A stretch of 64,000 nucleotides of DNA from an uncultured delta proteobacterium (GTDB taxonomy: Bacteria; Desulfobacterota; Syntrophia; Syntrophales; UBA2185), in assembly GCA_963729715.1 (NCBI GenBank), contig CAVSPA010000006.1:192001-256000 (forward strand), given 5' to 3'. How positions within the stretch are numbered: the first letter of the stretch is position 1; the number at the start of each line of letters is the position of its first letter. Below the pieces are notes generated by a model. It made no database searches. It had not been told where the DNA came from and saw only the letters and a program-made list of their open reading frames with translations. Of the stretch, positions 20,324 through 31,074 are shown piece by piece. The position numbers and the translations under genes were made by a program.

Positions 20324-21414
20324 AGAAGATAAAGGTCAATCTGGATAAAAAAGTTACCGCCTCCTATGAGATATGCATCGGATATGACGTTCTGGACCGG
20401 ATAGGGCTGCTCATCGCGAAACATATGCCGGCCCTTCGTTACATCATCATTACTGATGTCAACGTCTCAGCCATCTATGGAAAGATGCTTCTCGACAGAT
20501 TGAAGGGCATGGCGCTTCCGGCGGATATGATCGAATTTCCTGCAGGGGAGGATGCAAAAAGCATCGGCGCGACCGTAGCCATAGTCGAGAGACTGATAAA
20601 ACTTGGAGCTGACAGAAAGTCCGCTCTTCTTGCCCTGGGAGGTGGAGTCGTCGGTGACGTGACAGGTTTTATCGCGTCCACGTTCATGAGGTCTGTTCCC
20701 TATATCCAGATTCCCACAACCCTTGTGGCCCAGGTGGACAGCAGCATCGGCGGGAAGACCGCCATCAATCTTCCGGAAGGGAAAAACCTGCTCGGGACCT
20801 TTTACCAGCCGAGAGGAGTGTTCATTGACGTGAAGTTTCTGGATACACTTCCCGAAGAAGATATGAGCAGCGGCCTTGCGGAGGCGATCAAATACGGCGT
20901 AATTGATAGTGTGGAGTTCTTTAATTTTTTGGAGCGAGATATTGAGGCAATCAAAGAGAGGGATCGGGATGTTCTCGAGGAAATCATTGAGAATGCGTGC
21001 AGGATAAAAAAGGGTATCGTAGAGATAGATGAAAAGGAGATGGGGCTTCGCCGTGTGCTCAACTTTGGTCACACTATAGGACACGCCATCGAAGCGGAGT
21101 CCCATTATACCGTGTCGCATGGGGCCGCCGTCTCCCTGGGCATGGTCGCTGCCGCAAGGATTTCAGAGGGCATGCATGATTTTCCCCGCAGGGATCGGAA
21201 GAGGATTGAACACCTGCTGGAAAGTGCGGGTCTTCCCTGCCGTATTCCGCAAACTCTAACAACGGATGGTATTATGGCGAGGTTAAGAGCGGACAAGAAA
21301 AAAGAAGGTGATAGGATTCATTTCGTCCTGCTTAAAAAGATGGGAATGCCTTTCATAAACGGGGGCGTCCCTGAATCGATTCTGTGTGAAACGCTGGAGG
21401 AAATGAAAAAATGA
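20320..21414 (+). CDS. aroB: 3-dehydroquinate synthase
   Basis: [34 protein letters not shown]. Confidence 0.95.
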   Translation: MKKIKVNLDKKVTASYEICIGYDVLDRIGLLIAKHMPALRYIIITDVNVSAIYGKMLLDRLKGMALPADMIEFPAGEDAKSIGATVAIVERLIKLGADRKSALLALGGGVVGDVTGFIASTFMRSVPYIQIPTTLVAQVDSSIGGKTAINLPEGKNLLGTFYQPRGVFIDVKFLDTLPEEDMSSGLAEAIKYGVIDSVEFFNFLERDIEAIKERDRDVLEEIIENACRIKKGIVEIDEKEMGLRRVLNFGHTIGHAIEAESHYTVSHGAAVSLGMVAAARISEGMHDFPRRDRKRIEHLLESAGLPCRIPQTLTTDGIMARLRADKKKEGDRIHFVLLKKMGMPFINGGVPESILCETLEEMKK

Positions 21415-22493
21415 GATTATCATTACTTGATCGCCTCCGGCGTGATCTCAAGGAAACGGACGGCAGGATCGTAAAGCTGCTCAATGAGAGAGCTTTACTA
21501 TCCATGAAAATAGGAAGCGATAAGGCAAGAAAGGGACTGGATGTGTTCGATGCCTCGCAGGAAGCGAAACTTCTTGCATACCTGGCAAAGGTCAACGAAG
21601 GGGCGCTGCCGGAGAAATATCTGAAGGCCATATTTAGGGAGATCATTTCCGCTTCGCGGGCCTTGCAGAAGCCAGTTACAGTGGCCTTTCTGGGACCGCA
21701 CGCGACATTCAGCCATCTCGCTGCAGAGGATTATTTCGGTACGAGCAGCGGCTTCATCCCTCAGGCAAGTATCTTTCATGTCTTTGACGAAGTTGAGAAA
21801 GGGAAGGTGCAATGGGGGGTTGTCCCCGTGGAGAATTCCCTCGAAGGTTCCGTCAAATTGACCCTTGATCGATTGATATTGACCCCCCTTACGATTCGGG
21901 CGGAGATTTTTCTGAGGATCAGCCACTGCCTGCTTGCGCCGATGAAGAGACTGGACAGGATCAAGCGGGTCTATTCGATTCCCCAGGTGCTGGCGCAGTG
22001 CCAGGGATGGCTCCGCACCAATCTTCCCCGGTGTGCGCTTGCTGAAACAGAAAGCACCGCTGCTGCAGTCCGGATTGTCCGGGACTGTAAAGATGGCGCC
22101 GCCATAGGAAGTCGCCTCGCTGCCGCCACGTACGGGCTCAATATACTTTCGGAAGGCATCGAAGACAATCCATCGAATACGACGCGATTTCTGGTCATAG
22201 GAGAAGGTGAAAGCAACATGACGGGAACAGATAAGACGTCAATCCTCTTCAGTACCCGCCATGTGCCGGGCGCCCTGTATCATGCGCTGGAGCCATTTGT
22301 TCTGCAGCGGATTAACCTGATGAAGCTCGAATCATATCCCCTCAAGGAGAGGTTATGGGAGTATCTCTTCTTTGTTGATTTTTCCGGTCATACAGATGAT
22401 CCCGAAATCAGAAGATGCATTAAAGCCGTAAGGAGGAAGACCAATTTCCTGAAGGTCCTCGGATCTTATCCCAGGGGCGAGGAAACACGATGA
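21411..22493 (+). CDS. pheA: Chorismate mutase/prephenate dehydratase
   Basis: N-terminal AroQ domain, VPVENSLEG, NTTRF, C-terminal ACT domain. Confidence 0.93.
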   Translation: MRLSLLDRLRRDLKETDGRIVKLLNERALLSMKIGSDKARKGLDVFDASQEAKLLAYLAKVNEGALPEKYLKAIFREIISASRALQKPVTVAFLGPHATFSHLAAEDYFGTSSGFIPQASIFHVFDEVEKGKVQWGVVPVENSLEGSVKLTLDRLILTPLTIRAEIFLRISHCLLAPMKRLDRIKRVYSIPQVLAQCQGWLRTNLPRCALAETESTAAAVRIVRDCKDGAAIGSRLAAATYGLNILSEGIEDNPSNTTRFLVIGEGESNMTGTDKTSILFSTRHVPGALYHALEPFVLQRINLMKLESYPLKERLWEYLFFVDFSGHTDDPEIRRCIKAVRRKTNFLKVLGSYPRGEETR

Positions 22494-24025
22494 TCTGTAT
22501 TCCCATCACAGGAAACACACAGGAAGGAGCCATGCTCCAGATAGAGATGGGCTTGTCATGCGCCCATGTGTTAGAATTAAGAATGGATTTGATTAGTGGA
22601 GACTTAAAGACGTTGATGGAAAAGTGCAGATCGTCTCGAAAGCCTGTCAAGATACTGGTCACAAACAGGAGAAAGGAATCTTTATCGTCTGTCAAAATTT
22701 CAGGCGAGAGACGGAGGATCGCTCTGCTGAAGGAGGCTGTCCACCTTGGCGCGGATTATGTGGACGTTGAACTCTATACACCCGATGCTTTGCGGAAAGA
22801 TGTGCTGGCGACGGTGAGCGCCCATGGAAACAGGACCAGGATGATTATTTCGCATCATGATTTCAGCAAAACGCCGTCATTAGAAATATTGAAAAACATT
22901 TTCCATGACTGCGTGGAATGCGGCGCCGGTGTTGCTAAAATAGTCACTCTTGCAAAAAGTTCGGAGGATAACCTTACGGTTCTCAGCCTGCTCCCTTACG
23001 CCCGTGATAGAAAGAATGATCTCATCGCGTTCTGTATGGGGGAAGAGGGAAGGGAAAGCAGGATAATGGCGCCCCTCCTTGGTTCTTATCTCAGTTTCGC
23101 CTCGCTGAAGGACGGACTGGCCTCAGCATCTGGTCAACTTACCGTCGGTGAGATGGAAGATGTCCTGAATATCGCCGGTCATGATATTCACAGGAAGGGC
23201 AAGTTATCCGTGCCCCCGGATGCGAGGCTTTTTTGTCTTTTGGGAAATCCTGTGAATCAGAGTCTCTCGCCCTTGATGCATGATGCGGCGCTCAAAAAGA
23301 TGAAAATCGTGGCTAAGTATTTGCCATTCTGCATCCAGGATATTGGCTCTGCCGCAATGGGCATCAGGGGTAGTGGCATCTGCGGTGCAAGTGTAACCGT
23401 ACCTTTTAAGGTTGCCGTCTTGGAACATCTCGATGAAGCAGATGCTGACGCGCGGAAGATCGGAGCAGTAAATACCATCGTCAATGACAACGGCAGGCTG
23501 AAGGGCTTCAATACCGACTGGATTGGTCTTGTTCGATCCATCAGCGAAGTTACAGATATCAAAGGGAAGGTGTTCGCCATTTTGGGAGCCGGCGGAGCCG
23601 CGCGGGCCGCTGTTTTCGGCATCGAGAGAGAAGGGGGCATTCCAGTTATCGTCAATAGAAATGTCGCCAGGGGGGAAAACCTGGCAAAAGAGTGCGGATG
23701 CTCTTTTTACCCTCTTTCGGAGTCGAGCAGGGTCAGGGCGGATTGTCTGATCAATACAACACCCGTGGGCATGACACCGAATGTGGATGAATCTCCCGTC
23801 AGCAGCGCGATTCTTGTTAATTACCAGTGGGTCATGGACGTTATCTATAATCCTCTGAAGACGAGACTGATGCGCGATGCTGAAAATGCAGGGTGTATAA
23901 CCGTACCGGGCCTCGGCATGTTCGTTCATCAAGGAGCGGAACAGATCAGGCTCTGGACGGGACAGGAAGCCCCGAGAGAGTTTATGAAGCAGGTCGTGAG
24001 GGAGCGCCTTTTATATGGAAATTAA
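22490..24025 (+). CDS. aroDE: Fused type I dehydroquinase/shikimate dehydrogenase
   Basis: ELRMD and SHHDF..TP (AroD); SLSP.MH, GAVNT, NTD, GAGGAA (AroE). Confidence 0.9.
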   Translation: MICIPITGNTQEGAMLQIEMGLSCAHVLELRMDLISGDLKTLMEKCRSSRKPVKILVTNRRKESLSSVKISGERRRIALLKEAVHLGADYVDVELYTPDALRKDVLATVSAHGNRTRMIISHHDFSKTPSLEILKNIFHDCVECGAGVAKIVTLAKSSEDNLTVLSLLPYARDRKNDLIAFCMGEEGRESRIMAPLLGSYLSFASLKDGLASASGQLTVGEMEDVLNIAGHDIHRKGKLSVPPDARLFCLLGNPVNQSLSPLMHDAALKKMKIVAKYLPFCIQDIGSAAMGIRGSGICGASVTVPFKVAVLEHLDEADADARKIGAVNTIVNDNGRLKGFNTDWIGLVRSISEVTDIKGKVFAILGAGGAARAAVFGIEREGGIPVIVNRNVARGENLAKECGCSFYPLSESSRVRADCLINTTPVGMTPNVDESPVSSAILVNYQWVMDVIYNPLKTRLMRDAENAGCITVPGLGMFVHQGAEQIRLWTGQEAPREFMKQVVRERLLYGN

Positions 24026-25274
24026 GCTGGTTCATCGTTTGAATGCAACTGTCGAGGTTCCCGGTTCCAAGAGTTACACGCAGAGGGCCCTTGTTGTTGC
24101 CTGCCTCGCGGAAGGCAGATCCATGCTAAGCAATGCGCTCATTTCGGAGGATACGAGATATTTTATAGAGGCGTTGCGTTTCCTTGGCGCTGAGATCATT
24201 ATCTCAGGGAACGATGTCACGGTCGCCGGAACAGGCGGTCATATGCATAATCCAGGACGGGTGATCATGCTGGGGAACAATGGGACGGCGCTGCGGTTTC
24301 TGACGACACTGGCCTCTCTGGGGAAGGGTGAGTATATTCTCGACGGCAGCAGCCGCCTTCGTGAAAGGCCTTTGGGGCCGCTTCTCCGCGCCCTGAAAAT
24401 CCTGGGAGTTCAATTTCAAAGCAGGGACGGCTATCCTCCGGTCAAGATCGTTACAGAAGGCTTAAACGGCGGCAACGTTGCCTTTGCAGATGTGGAGAGC
24501 AGCCAATATGTCTCGTCGCTCCTCATCGGCGCTCCTTACGCAGCGGGCGATATAGAAATTGCGCTCACAGGGAAGACAGTTTCCCAGCCCTACATAGACA
24601 TGACTGTGGACGTCATGGGGCGCTTTGGCGCGGAAGTAATCACGAGAGAAAAAAAATTATTCAATGTAAGAAGCAGGCGTCATTACAGGGGACAGAGGTA
24701 CATCATTGAAGGAGATGCATCCAGCGCCTCCTATTTTTTCCTGGCTGCCGCATTATGCCGCGGACGGGTCAAGGTCGTAAACATCAACCCGGCAAGCCTT
24801 CAGGGTGACATCAATATCCTGGGCATAATGGAAAGTCTTGGCTGTTCCGTAGTCCGTGGAGATCGTTGGGTCGAGGTTGTCGGCGGACCGTTACATGAAG
24901 GGGACGTCTTTTTCGACATGGGAAACATGCCTGACATGGTGCCGACCCTAGCGGTTCTTGCTGCATTCAGAGAGGGACAAACGACTATCACAAATGTTTC
25001 ACATCTGCGCGTTAAGGAAAGCGACCGTATAGTGGCGCTGGTAAGTGAACTAAAGAAGATCGGTGTGGCTGCAAGAGAAACGGCGGACGGCCTCATTGTC
25101 GTCGGAGGGAGACCGCATGGCGCCCATATTGAGACATACAACGATCATCGGATTGCCATGAGTTTCGCCATCGCAGGGCTTGCAGTGCCCGGGATCAGAA
25201 TAGAGGACAGGCATTGTGTGGGGAAATCATTTCCCGGATTCTGGACTGAGCTCTCAAGATTGTATGAGGATTAA
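24015..25274 (+). CDS. aroA: EPSP synthase
   Basis: PGSKS, GNNGTALR, SSQYVS, LRVKESDRI, DHRIAM. Confidence 0.95.
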   Translation: MEIKLVHRLNATVEVPGSKSYTQRALVVACLAEGRSMLSNALISEDTRYFIEALRFLGAEIIISGNDVTVAGTGGHMHNPGRVIMLGNNGTALRFLTTLASLGKGEYILDGSSRLRERPLGPLLRALKILGVQFQSRDGYPPVKIVTEGLNGGNVAFADVESSQYVSSLLIGAPYAAGDIEIALTGKTVSQPYIDMTVDVMGRFGAEVITREKKLFNVRSRRHYRGQRYIIEGDASSASYFFLAAALCRGRVKVVNINPASLQGDINILGIMESLGCSVVRGDRWVEVVGGPLHEGDVFFDMGNMPDMVPTLAVLAAFREGQTTITNVSHLRVKESDRIVALVSELKKIGVAARETADGLIVVGGRPHGAHIETYNDHRIAMSFAIAGLAVPGIRIEDRHCVGKSFPGFWTELSRLYED

Positions 25275-25835
25275 GTGCACATAGTACTGATTGGATACCG
25301 TGGAACGGGTAAATCTGCCGTGGGAAAAAGGCTTGCCGATAAGCTGCGCATGCCGTTCTATGATACGGATGAGCTTGTCGAGCAAGAGGCAGGGATGTCG
25401 ATCCGGGACATGGTAGCGGAAAAAGGCTGGGCATATTTCCGGAAGAGAGAGCGTGAGATTGTCAGGAAGCTGGCGCTTCTGCAAAGAGGCGTTGTGGCGA
25501 CAGGCGGCGGGGCGGTCACGGATGAGGGCAATTGCGGCATTATTAAAGAGCACGGTTTATTGATCTGGCTTAGGGCTGATGTGATGACGATGGTTGAAAG
25601 AATGAGGGACGATGCGGCGAGTGAAGAAAGGCGGCCTGCCTTTTTGCATGATGATGTCTTTCGGGAGACAGAAGATGTCCTAAAGCAACGGATACCGGTA
25701 TACAGGGGGCTGGCGGATTTTTCGCTGGATACAACGGGTAAGAACATAGATGAAATAGTCAACGCTGTCTGTGAATTTCTGAACGGAGCAGGCGGATTTA
25801 TCAGCAAGGAATCAACATGTCAGGAAATTCCATAG
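25275..25835 (+). CDS. aroK: Shikimate kinase
   Basis: G.RGTGKS, DTD, ATGGG motifs. Confidence 0.92.
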   Translation: MHIVLIGYRGTGKSAVGKRLADKLRMPFYDTDELVEQEAGMSIRDMVAEKGWAYFRKREREIVRKLALLQRGVVATGGGAVTDEGNCGIIKEHGLLIWLRADVMTMVERMRDDAASEERRPAFLHDDVFRETEDVLKQRIPVYRGLADFSLDTTGKNIDEIVNAVCEFLNGAGGFISKESTCQEIP

Positions 25836-26890
25836 GCGTTTTCTTTAGAGTGACAACCTGGGGTGAATCACATGGTCCCGCAACTGGTGCGGTTGTGGAC
25901 GGATGTCCTCCCGGTATTGGCCTTGTAGAAGAAGACATTCAGAAATGGCTGAACAGGAGAAGACCGGGCAGGATCGCCTCAAGTTCGCCCCGTAAGGAAA
26001 ACGATATAGTTAAAATACTATCGGGGACTTTTCAGGGAAAGACCACGGGTACGCCCATTTCCCTGATTATGGAGAACATGGACGTTCACGGCAGCGCCTA
26101 TGAAGACATCAGGGACGTCTTCAGACCCGGGCATGGTGATTTTACCTATTTCAAAAAGTACGGGATCCGCGATTACCGGGGCGGTGGACGTGCTTCGGGC
26201 CGGGAAACGGCAGCTCGCGTGGCTGCAGGGGCAATTGCGCAAAAAATCATTTCGCGCCTAGGTGTGGTAGTCATTGCCTATACGAAGGCGCTGGGAGGTA
26301 TTGTCATAGATCGAACGAAATACACAGCCGGAACAATCTTTCACGAAGATATAGCGGCAAATCACCTGCTGTGCCCAGATCTTGACGCTGCAAGGGTTAT
26401 GGAGGAGAAACTGGAGGAAGCGAGACTCTCCGGCGATTCCCTCGGCGGTATTGTTGAAATCATCGTGAGAGGATGCCCCCCGGGTCTGGGAGAACCGGTG
26501 TTTGATAAGATGGATGCCGACCTTGCGAAGGCACTCATGAGCATCGGGACGGTGAAGGGAGTGGAGATAGGGGCCGGCTTCAAAGTTGCCGAAATGACCG
26601 GGTCTCAGGCAAATGATCCCATGACGCCTGATAGTTTCCTTTCCAATCACGCCGGCGGCATACTGGCCGGCATTACGACAGGCCAAGATATCGTTTTGCG
26701 GGTGGCGGCGAAGCCTATCCCCTCGATTGCTAAAGTCCAGCAGACCATCGACATCCGGGGAAATCGAGTGGAATTGTCGCTCAAGGGGAGGCACGACGTA
26801 TCTGCAATACCCCGCATAATTCCTGTGTGCGAGGCGATGGTGACAATTGTGTTGGCGGATCATTTATTGAGGCAAAAGGCGATTTCATGA
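25817..26890 (+). CDS. aroC: Chorismate synthase
   Basis: GESHG, RPGHGD, GGRASGRETA, GRHD. Confidence 0.95.
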   Translation: MSGNSIGVFFRVTTWGESHGPATGAVVDGCPPGIGLVEEDIQKWLNRRRPGRIASSSPRKENDIVKILSGTFQGKTTGTPISLIMENMDVHGSAYEDIRDVFRPGHGDFTYFKKYGIRDYRGGGRASGRETAARVAAGAIAQKIISRLGVVVIAYTKALGGIVIDRTKYTAGTIFHEDIAANHLLCPDLDAARVMEEKLEEARLSGDSLGGIVEIIVRGCPPGLGEPVFDKMDADLAKALMSIGTVKGVEIGAGFKVAEMTGSQANDPMTPDSFLSNHAGGILAGITTGQDIVLRVAAKPIPSIAKVQQTIDIRGNRVELSLKGRHDVSAIPRIIPVCEAMVTIVLADHLLRQKAIS

Positions 26891-27666
26891 ATACCAAGAT
26901 AGGCATCATTGGCGGCACCCGCGGCATGGGCTGTTGGTTCGTCCGTTTCCTCGAGAAGGAGGGACACGCCGTGCGCGTGTGCGGAAGGAATATGAGTCAG
27001 TCGGATATTGCCAAAATGGCCGATACATGTGACGTGGTAGTTGTGAGTGTCCCCATGGGGGCAACCGGCAATGTTATTGCGAAGGTTGGTCCGCATATGC
27101 GCGCGGCCTCTCTTCTCATGGATCTCACATCTCTGAAGCGGGATTCCGTCAAGTCTATGTTGGAAACATCCGTTTCCGCGGTGATTGGATGCCATCCCCT
27201 CTTCGGTCCCAGGGTTGATTCCATCACGGGGCAGCATGTTGTCCTCTGTCCTGCGCGAGCGGGGAAGTGGCTTTCCTGGCTTACGGACATCTTTGAGAGG
27301 AACGGTGCGCTTATGGTGGAAACGACGCCGGAAAAACATGACCAAATGATGGCCATCGTTCAGGGACTCAATCATTTCAATACAATCATGATGGGTCTGA
27401 TTTTGAGCGAGGCGGGGGTGAACCTGTCAGAGTTAATGAAGTTCTCCACACCGGTCTTTCGGGAGAAGATGGAAATCTTGGAAAGAGTATTTTGTCAAAA
27501 TTCCGGGCTCTATGCCGACATCTTAACGATGAATCCTGAGATTCATCGGCATATCGACGCATACGAACAAAACGTAGCTCAACTGAAAAATCTAATCCTT
27601 CACGGAAATAGCGCGGGTCTTGCAGATGTGATTGAGAAGCACGCCCCTTTCTTTAAAGTCGTCTGA
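26887..27666 (+). CDS. tyrA: Prephenate/arogenate dehydrogenase
   Basis: IIGG..GMG, D.TSLK, HPLFGP, HDQMMAIVQGLNH. Confidence 0.9.
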   Translation: MNTKIGIIGGTRGMGCWFVRFLEKEGHAVRVCGRNMSQSDIAKMADTCDVVVVSVPMGATGNVIAKVGPHMRAASLLMDLTSLKRDSVKSMLETSVSAVIGCHPLFGPRVDSITGQHVVLCPARAGKWLSWLTDIFERNGALMVETTPEKHDQMMAIVQGLNHFNTIMMGLILSEAGVNLSELMKFSTPVFREKMEILERVFCQNSGLYADILTMNPEIHRHIDAYEQNVAQLKNLILHGNSAGLADVIEKHAPFFKVV

Positions 27667-27681
27667 GCAGGACGCAGAAGA

Positions 27682-28467
27682 TCAGGATTCGCCCGCCGAT
27701 TTCTTTTGGACGAAACTGTCACGGAAGGCGCGGGATATCTTGGTTTCCTTCATGTAGCTCGCAGCCTCTTCCATGGACGAAAAATTTCCGAGCAATATCC
27801 TGTGCCAAATTCCCCGTCCCCGTATATTGACCGTCTCCATACGAACATCGGGCAGCTTCTTCTTCATATCGTCCACAAATCCCGCTGCCGCATCTTTCTT
27901 ATTTTCAGGAAACGCCCTTATTTGAATGGCGTATTTCAGTTCACTTCGTGCGTTTGAAGGTGCAGCTGCGGCTGGAGGAACCTCGGCAGGGGTTTTGGCT
28001 TGATTTATCTCAGGGGGTAATACCGCCGGTGATTGAGCCATCTGTATTTCCGGGACGGCGCTTTTCACCTCCGCCGGAATAGGGGGTCGCAGCCATTCGG
28101 CTCCATCAAAATATGCTGCTTCTCCCGTGAGCCTGTTAATCCTGAGCGGATAGACCTTCCCTTCAATATTCAGCGCATCGTAATGGTAAAAGACAGGCCA
28201 GTAAAATATAGTAATCAGGCCGAGAATAAGAGCAGGCAACAATGCGAAGAGGATGCGGGAAGATCGAAACCTGCGCCCCTCTTTCCTCTGCAGGGGCCAT
28301 TTCTCTGCCCCGGTATTAAGCTCTGGTTCTTCAGTCACCAGCGCTTCGGTTTTCAATTGCTGCGGAGTATGAAAGACCTCCTCCGATTGATCGCGGATTG
28401 AGACCTTTCGATACAGGGAGTCCAGCTCCTCTTCGAGTTCAACCTCTTTCTGGTCCCCTTTTTCCAT
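27682..28467 (-). CDS. SPOR-domain membrane protein
   Basis: TM segment, Pro/Ala-rich linker, YAIQI.AF...WHRILLG.F SPOR domain. Confidence 0.8.
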   Translation of the reverse strand: MEKGDQKEVELEEELDSLYRKVSIRDQSEEVFHTPQQLKTEALVTEEPELNTGAEKWPLQRKEGRRFRSSRILFALLPALILGLITIFYWPVFYHYDALNIEGKVYPLRINRLTGEAAYFDGAEWLRPPIPAEVKSAVPEIQMAQSPAVLPPEINQAKTPAEVPPAAAAPSNARSELKYAIQIRAFPENKKDAAAGFVDDMKKKLPDVRMETVNIRGRGIWHRILLGNFSSMEEAASYMKETKISRAFRDSFVQKKSAGES

Positions 28468-28601
28468 TGTATGCCTTTTTCATCGCGGGAGCACCCCGCA
28501 TGCCGCGCCTTTTGCAGATTATATAGGGAAGCATCATCCAATAAACATTTTCTTTGATGAGCAATCTATAAGTTCAAAGATTGCAATTGCACTCTAAAGA
28601 A

Positions 28602-29264
28602 TTATTTTCCCTCTCCCATGCGTTTGATAAAACCATTGACGACGGCGTTCTCATCAATTTGCAGATACCGCGCATATGATTTAAGGAAACCTTTTAGATA
28701 CACCGCAGGCGGGAAAAGTTCCAGGTTGTCTTCTTCTATCGCCCGAAGCATGCCGATTTGCACCTTAGTACTGTCCGCAATTTCCTCAAGGGGAATATCC
28801 AATTCAGTTCTTATCTTGTGGAGGTCCGCCCCGGTAAGTATATCCTGGCCCATGATTTCTTGTATGAGTATGTTTTGTGAGACCCGTTCTTTCAGTTCCT
28901 CAAGCCTTCTGGCAGGTTCAAACACATCAAAATGGACTTTCTTGAAATCATATATGGGTATCGGCTCTTTCATTTTGTTGTTGTATTGCCCGCCCTTATC
29001 CATCAATCCGAGCTCAATGAGCCTGCGATCATACTGTGCCCTGGATTCAAGGTCAATCAGGGCCAGATACGCCTTTTCCAAGAGGGAAAGTATCTCTTCT
29101 CTTTCCTCTTTTGAAAAAAAAGAATAACTGACGATGGATTCGTCCTGATAAAGTTCAAAGACCCTTTTGTAAGCGCGCCGTATCTCCAACGGCGATGCAT
29201 CAGGAGAGATTTCCAGGAGTTCATAGTAATTCTGTTCGCGGAACGGTTTCATTTTACCTTGCAC
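28602..29264 (-). CDS. J-domain-like + RodZ-type HTH protein
   Basis: NYYELLEIS..AS..EIRRAY (HPD motif absent); C-terminal AIEE.....P..VY.KGFLKSYARYL. Confidence 0.8.
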   Translation of the reverse strand: MQGKMKPFREQNYYELLEISPDASPLEIRRAYKRVFELYQDESIVSYSFFSKEEREEILSLLEKAYLALIDLESRAQYDRRLIELGLMDKGGQYNNKMKEPIPIYDFKKVHFDVFEPARRLEELKERVSQNILIQEIMGQDILTGADLHKIRTELDIPLEEIADSTKVQIGMLRAIEEDNLELFPPAVYLKGFLKSYARYLQIDENAVVNGFIKRMGEGK

Positions 29265-29280
29265 GATCCTCTATAAATTC

Positions 29281-30207
29281 CTAATCAACGGCATTTTGCA
29301 GGATTGGTTCTACTTCATTTACGGACAGTAGATTCTTGTGGCAATTTCTGAGGTCAAGGGTGGTCTGAGTATAGGGGTAGAGATCAAGAAAGGGAATCTT
29401 CTTGCAGACGGCGTTGTGAACCCGCTCATCAAAGCTGATGTTTCCGACAAAATGCATCTTCAGGGCGAGGTGTCTTTGGATAATCTTGCTGATCAATACC
29501 CCAATATTTTGGTTGTCCTGCTTTCTTAACTGGTTTAAGGCCAGCTTGAAGTTGAAGGCCTGCAGTTCATTTTCCAGGAGTTCACCCTTCTCGGCATCAA
29601 GCTCCTTCATGGTGTGGAGTAGAATGTCCGGGTTGCTTACAGTGGCCCTGCGGTCACGTTCTTGGGCTTCCTCGGCCAGCGCCCGGAAATTATGGCTGCT
29701 AAGGATTTGACGGATTTTCCGAAAATAAACAGAACGGATTAAGCGGTAAATGTTTTCTATGGAAGTCGGTTCGGGCGTTGTCACAAAGATGCCAGTGTCG
29801 GAGACCATAAAGAAATCTATGGTGTTAAAAGCAGTTCCCGCGCCGAGATCGAGCAGGATGTAGTCATAAGAGAGCTTGGAAATATTTCGTGTGATCTTTA
29901 ATTTCTGCTCGTGGGCAAGATTGGCGATGTCCAGATTATTCATCGCGCCACTGATGAGATAGAGGTTTGGAACAGGTGTGGGTTCGACTGTCTCCTGAAG
30001 CGTGCCCACCTTCTTATTTACGAAATCCGAGATGCTTTTTTCGGGATGAGGAAGACCGATAATGGTGTGGAGATTGGCTGCTCCGAGGTCAACATCAACC
30101 AGAAGGGTTTTATACCCTCCCTTCGCAAGCAGAATACCGAGATTGCCGGTAATGAAACTCTTGCCGGAGCCTCCCTTCCCACCTCCGATAGACCATATGT
30201 TAGGCAT
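29281..30207 (-). CDS. MinD/FlhG/ParA-family ATPase
   Basis: Deviant Walker A GGKGGSGKS, DVDLGAANL, DLGAG, TTPEPTS. Confidence 0.85.
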   Translation of the reverse strand: MPNIWSIGGGKGGSGKSFITGNLGILLAKGGYKTLLVDVDLGAANLHTIIGLPHPEKSISDFVNKKVGTLQETVEPTPVPNLYLISGAMNNLDIANLAHEQKLKITRNISKLSYDYILLDLGAGTAFNTIDFFMVSDTGIFVTTPEPTSIENIYRLIRSVYFRKIRQILSSHNFRALAEEAQERDRRATVSNPDILLHTMKELDAEKGELLENELQAFNFKLALNQLRKQDNQNIGVLISKIIQRHLALKMHFVGNISFDERVHNAVCKKIPFLDLYPYTQTTLDLRNCHKNLLSVNEVEPILQNAVD

Positions 30208-30240
30208 AGTTTTTCTCAGCAATCTTGGTCAGATGGCTGA

Positions 30241-30269
30241 AGTATAAGAGAAAGAGTATCATATGTCAA
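30241..30269 (-). promoter_or_regulatory. sigma70 promoter for the MinD-like operon
   Basis: TTGACA-N17-TATACT on the minus strand. Confidence 0.75.
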
Positions 30270-30699
30270 GGGCGAGTCACTGCTCAAAATGGCTTTTTCC
30301 CGTCTCGACAAGCCGGAAAATTATATTTATACCATGACAGCATCGGTTTTCCAATTTATCGTGCGTGCAAATGCCGCCCTTCCAGACGTTTGATGTGTCT
30401 GGTTTGCGACTTTTCGCCCCACAGAGTGGAGTGTAATATCGGTCCCCGGCCGGCAGCAAAGAAAAATAATACTTGATTAAAATAAATTCTTCAATTAATT
30501 AGAAAAGTTATGCATAGAGACCCTTGCGAATGCATGCCTCATGTCATTGTGAGGTCAAGTCGCAGCCGCGGGCGCTGAGCGCAAAGACTTATTCGCGGAG
30601 CGTAAGAGGGATACGAAAGGGCTGACGTTTTCGAAGTAATTGTGTGATGCCTCCGTATGCTGAATTTGCATGCAGATTGGGGAAAATGGAGATTGACCA

Positions 30700-31074
30700 G
30701 TGATCGAAATTGATTTTGACAAAGGGAGTGGACTTGTGCCTGTTATAGTTCAGGACGTTGACACAGGAGAGGTTCTCATGCTTGCCTACATGAATCGGGA
30801 TGCCTGGCTGAAAACGCGTGAGACGGGCAAGGCGACATACTGGAGCAGGTCGAGAAATGAGCTGTGGGTCAAAGGTGAGACATCCGGGCATATTCAGATT
30901 GTCGAGGAAATTTTAGTTGACTGTGATTCTGACACTGTTCTTCTGAAAGTGAGGCAAGCAGGCGGTGCCGCGTGCCACACGGGCTACAGATCATGTTTCT
31001 TCAGAAGAGTCGTTAATGGAAAAACGGAGGTTATCGGGGAACGAATATTCAAACCGGAGGATGTCTACAAATGA
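30700..31074 (+). CDS. hisI: Phosphoribosyl-AMP cyclohydrolase
   Basis: WSRSR.ELW.KGETSG, DCDSD, ACHTG..SCF. Confidence 0.93.
   Translation: MIEIDFDKGSGLVPVIVQDVDTGEVLMLAYMNRDAWLKTRETGKATYWSRSRNELWVKGETSGHIQIVEEILVDCDSDTVLLKVRQAGGAACHTGYRSCFFRRVVNGKTEVIGERIFKPEDVYK

Noticed and set aside
30510..30578. His attenuator leader (MHRDPCECMPHVIVRSSRSRGR)
   Set aside because: Only two separated His codons, and no terminator with a U-tract before hisI
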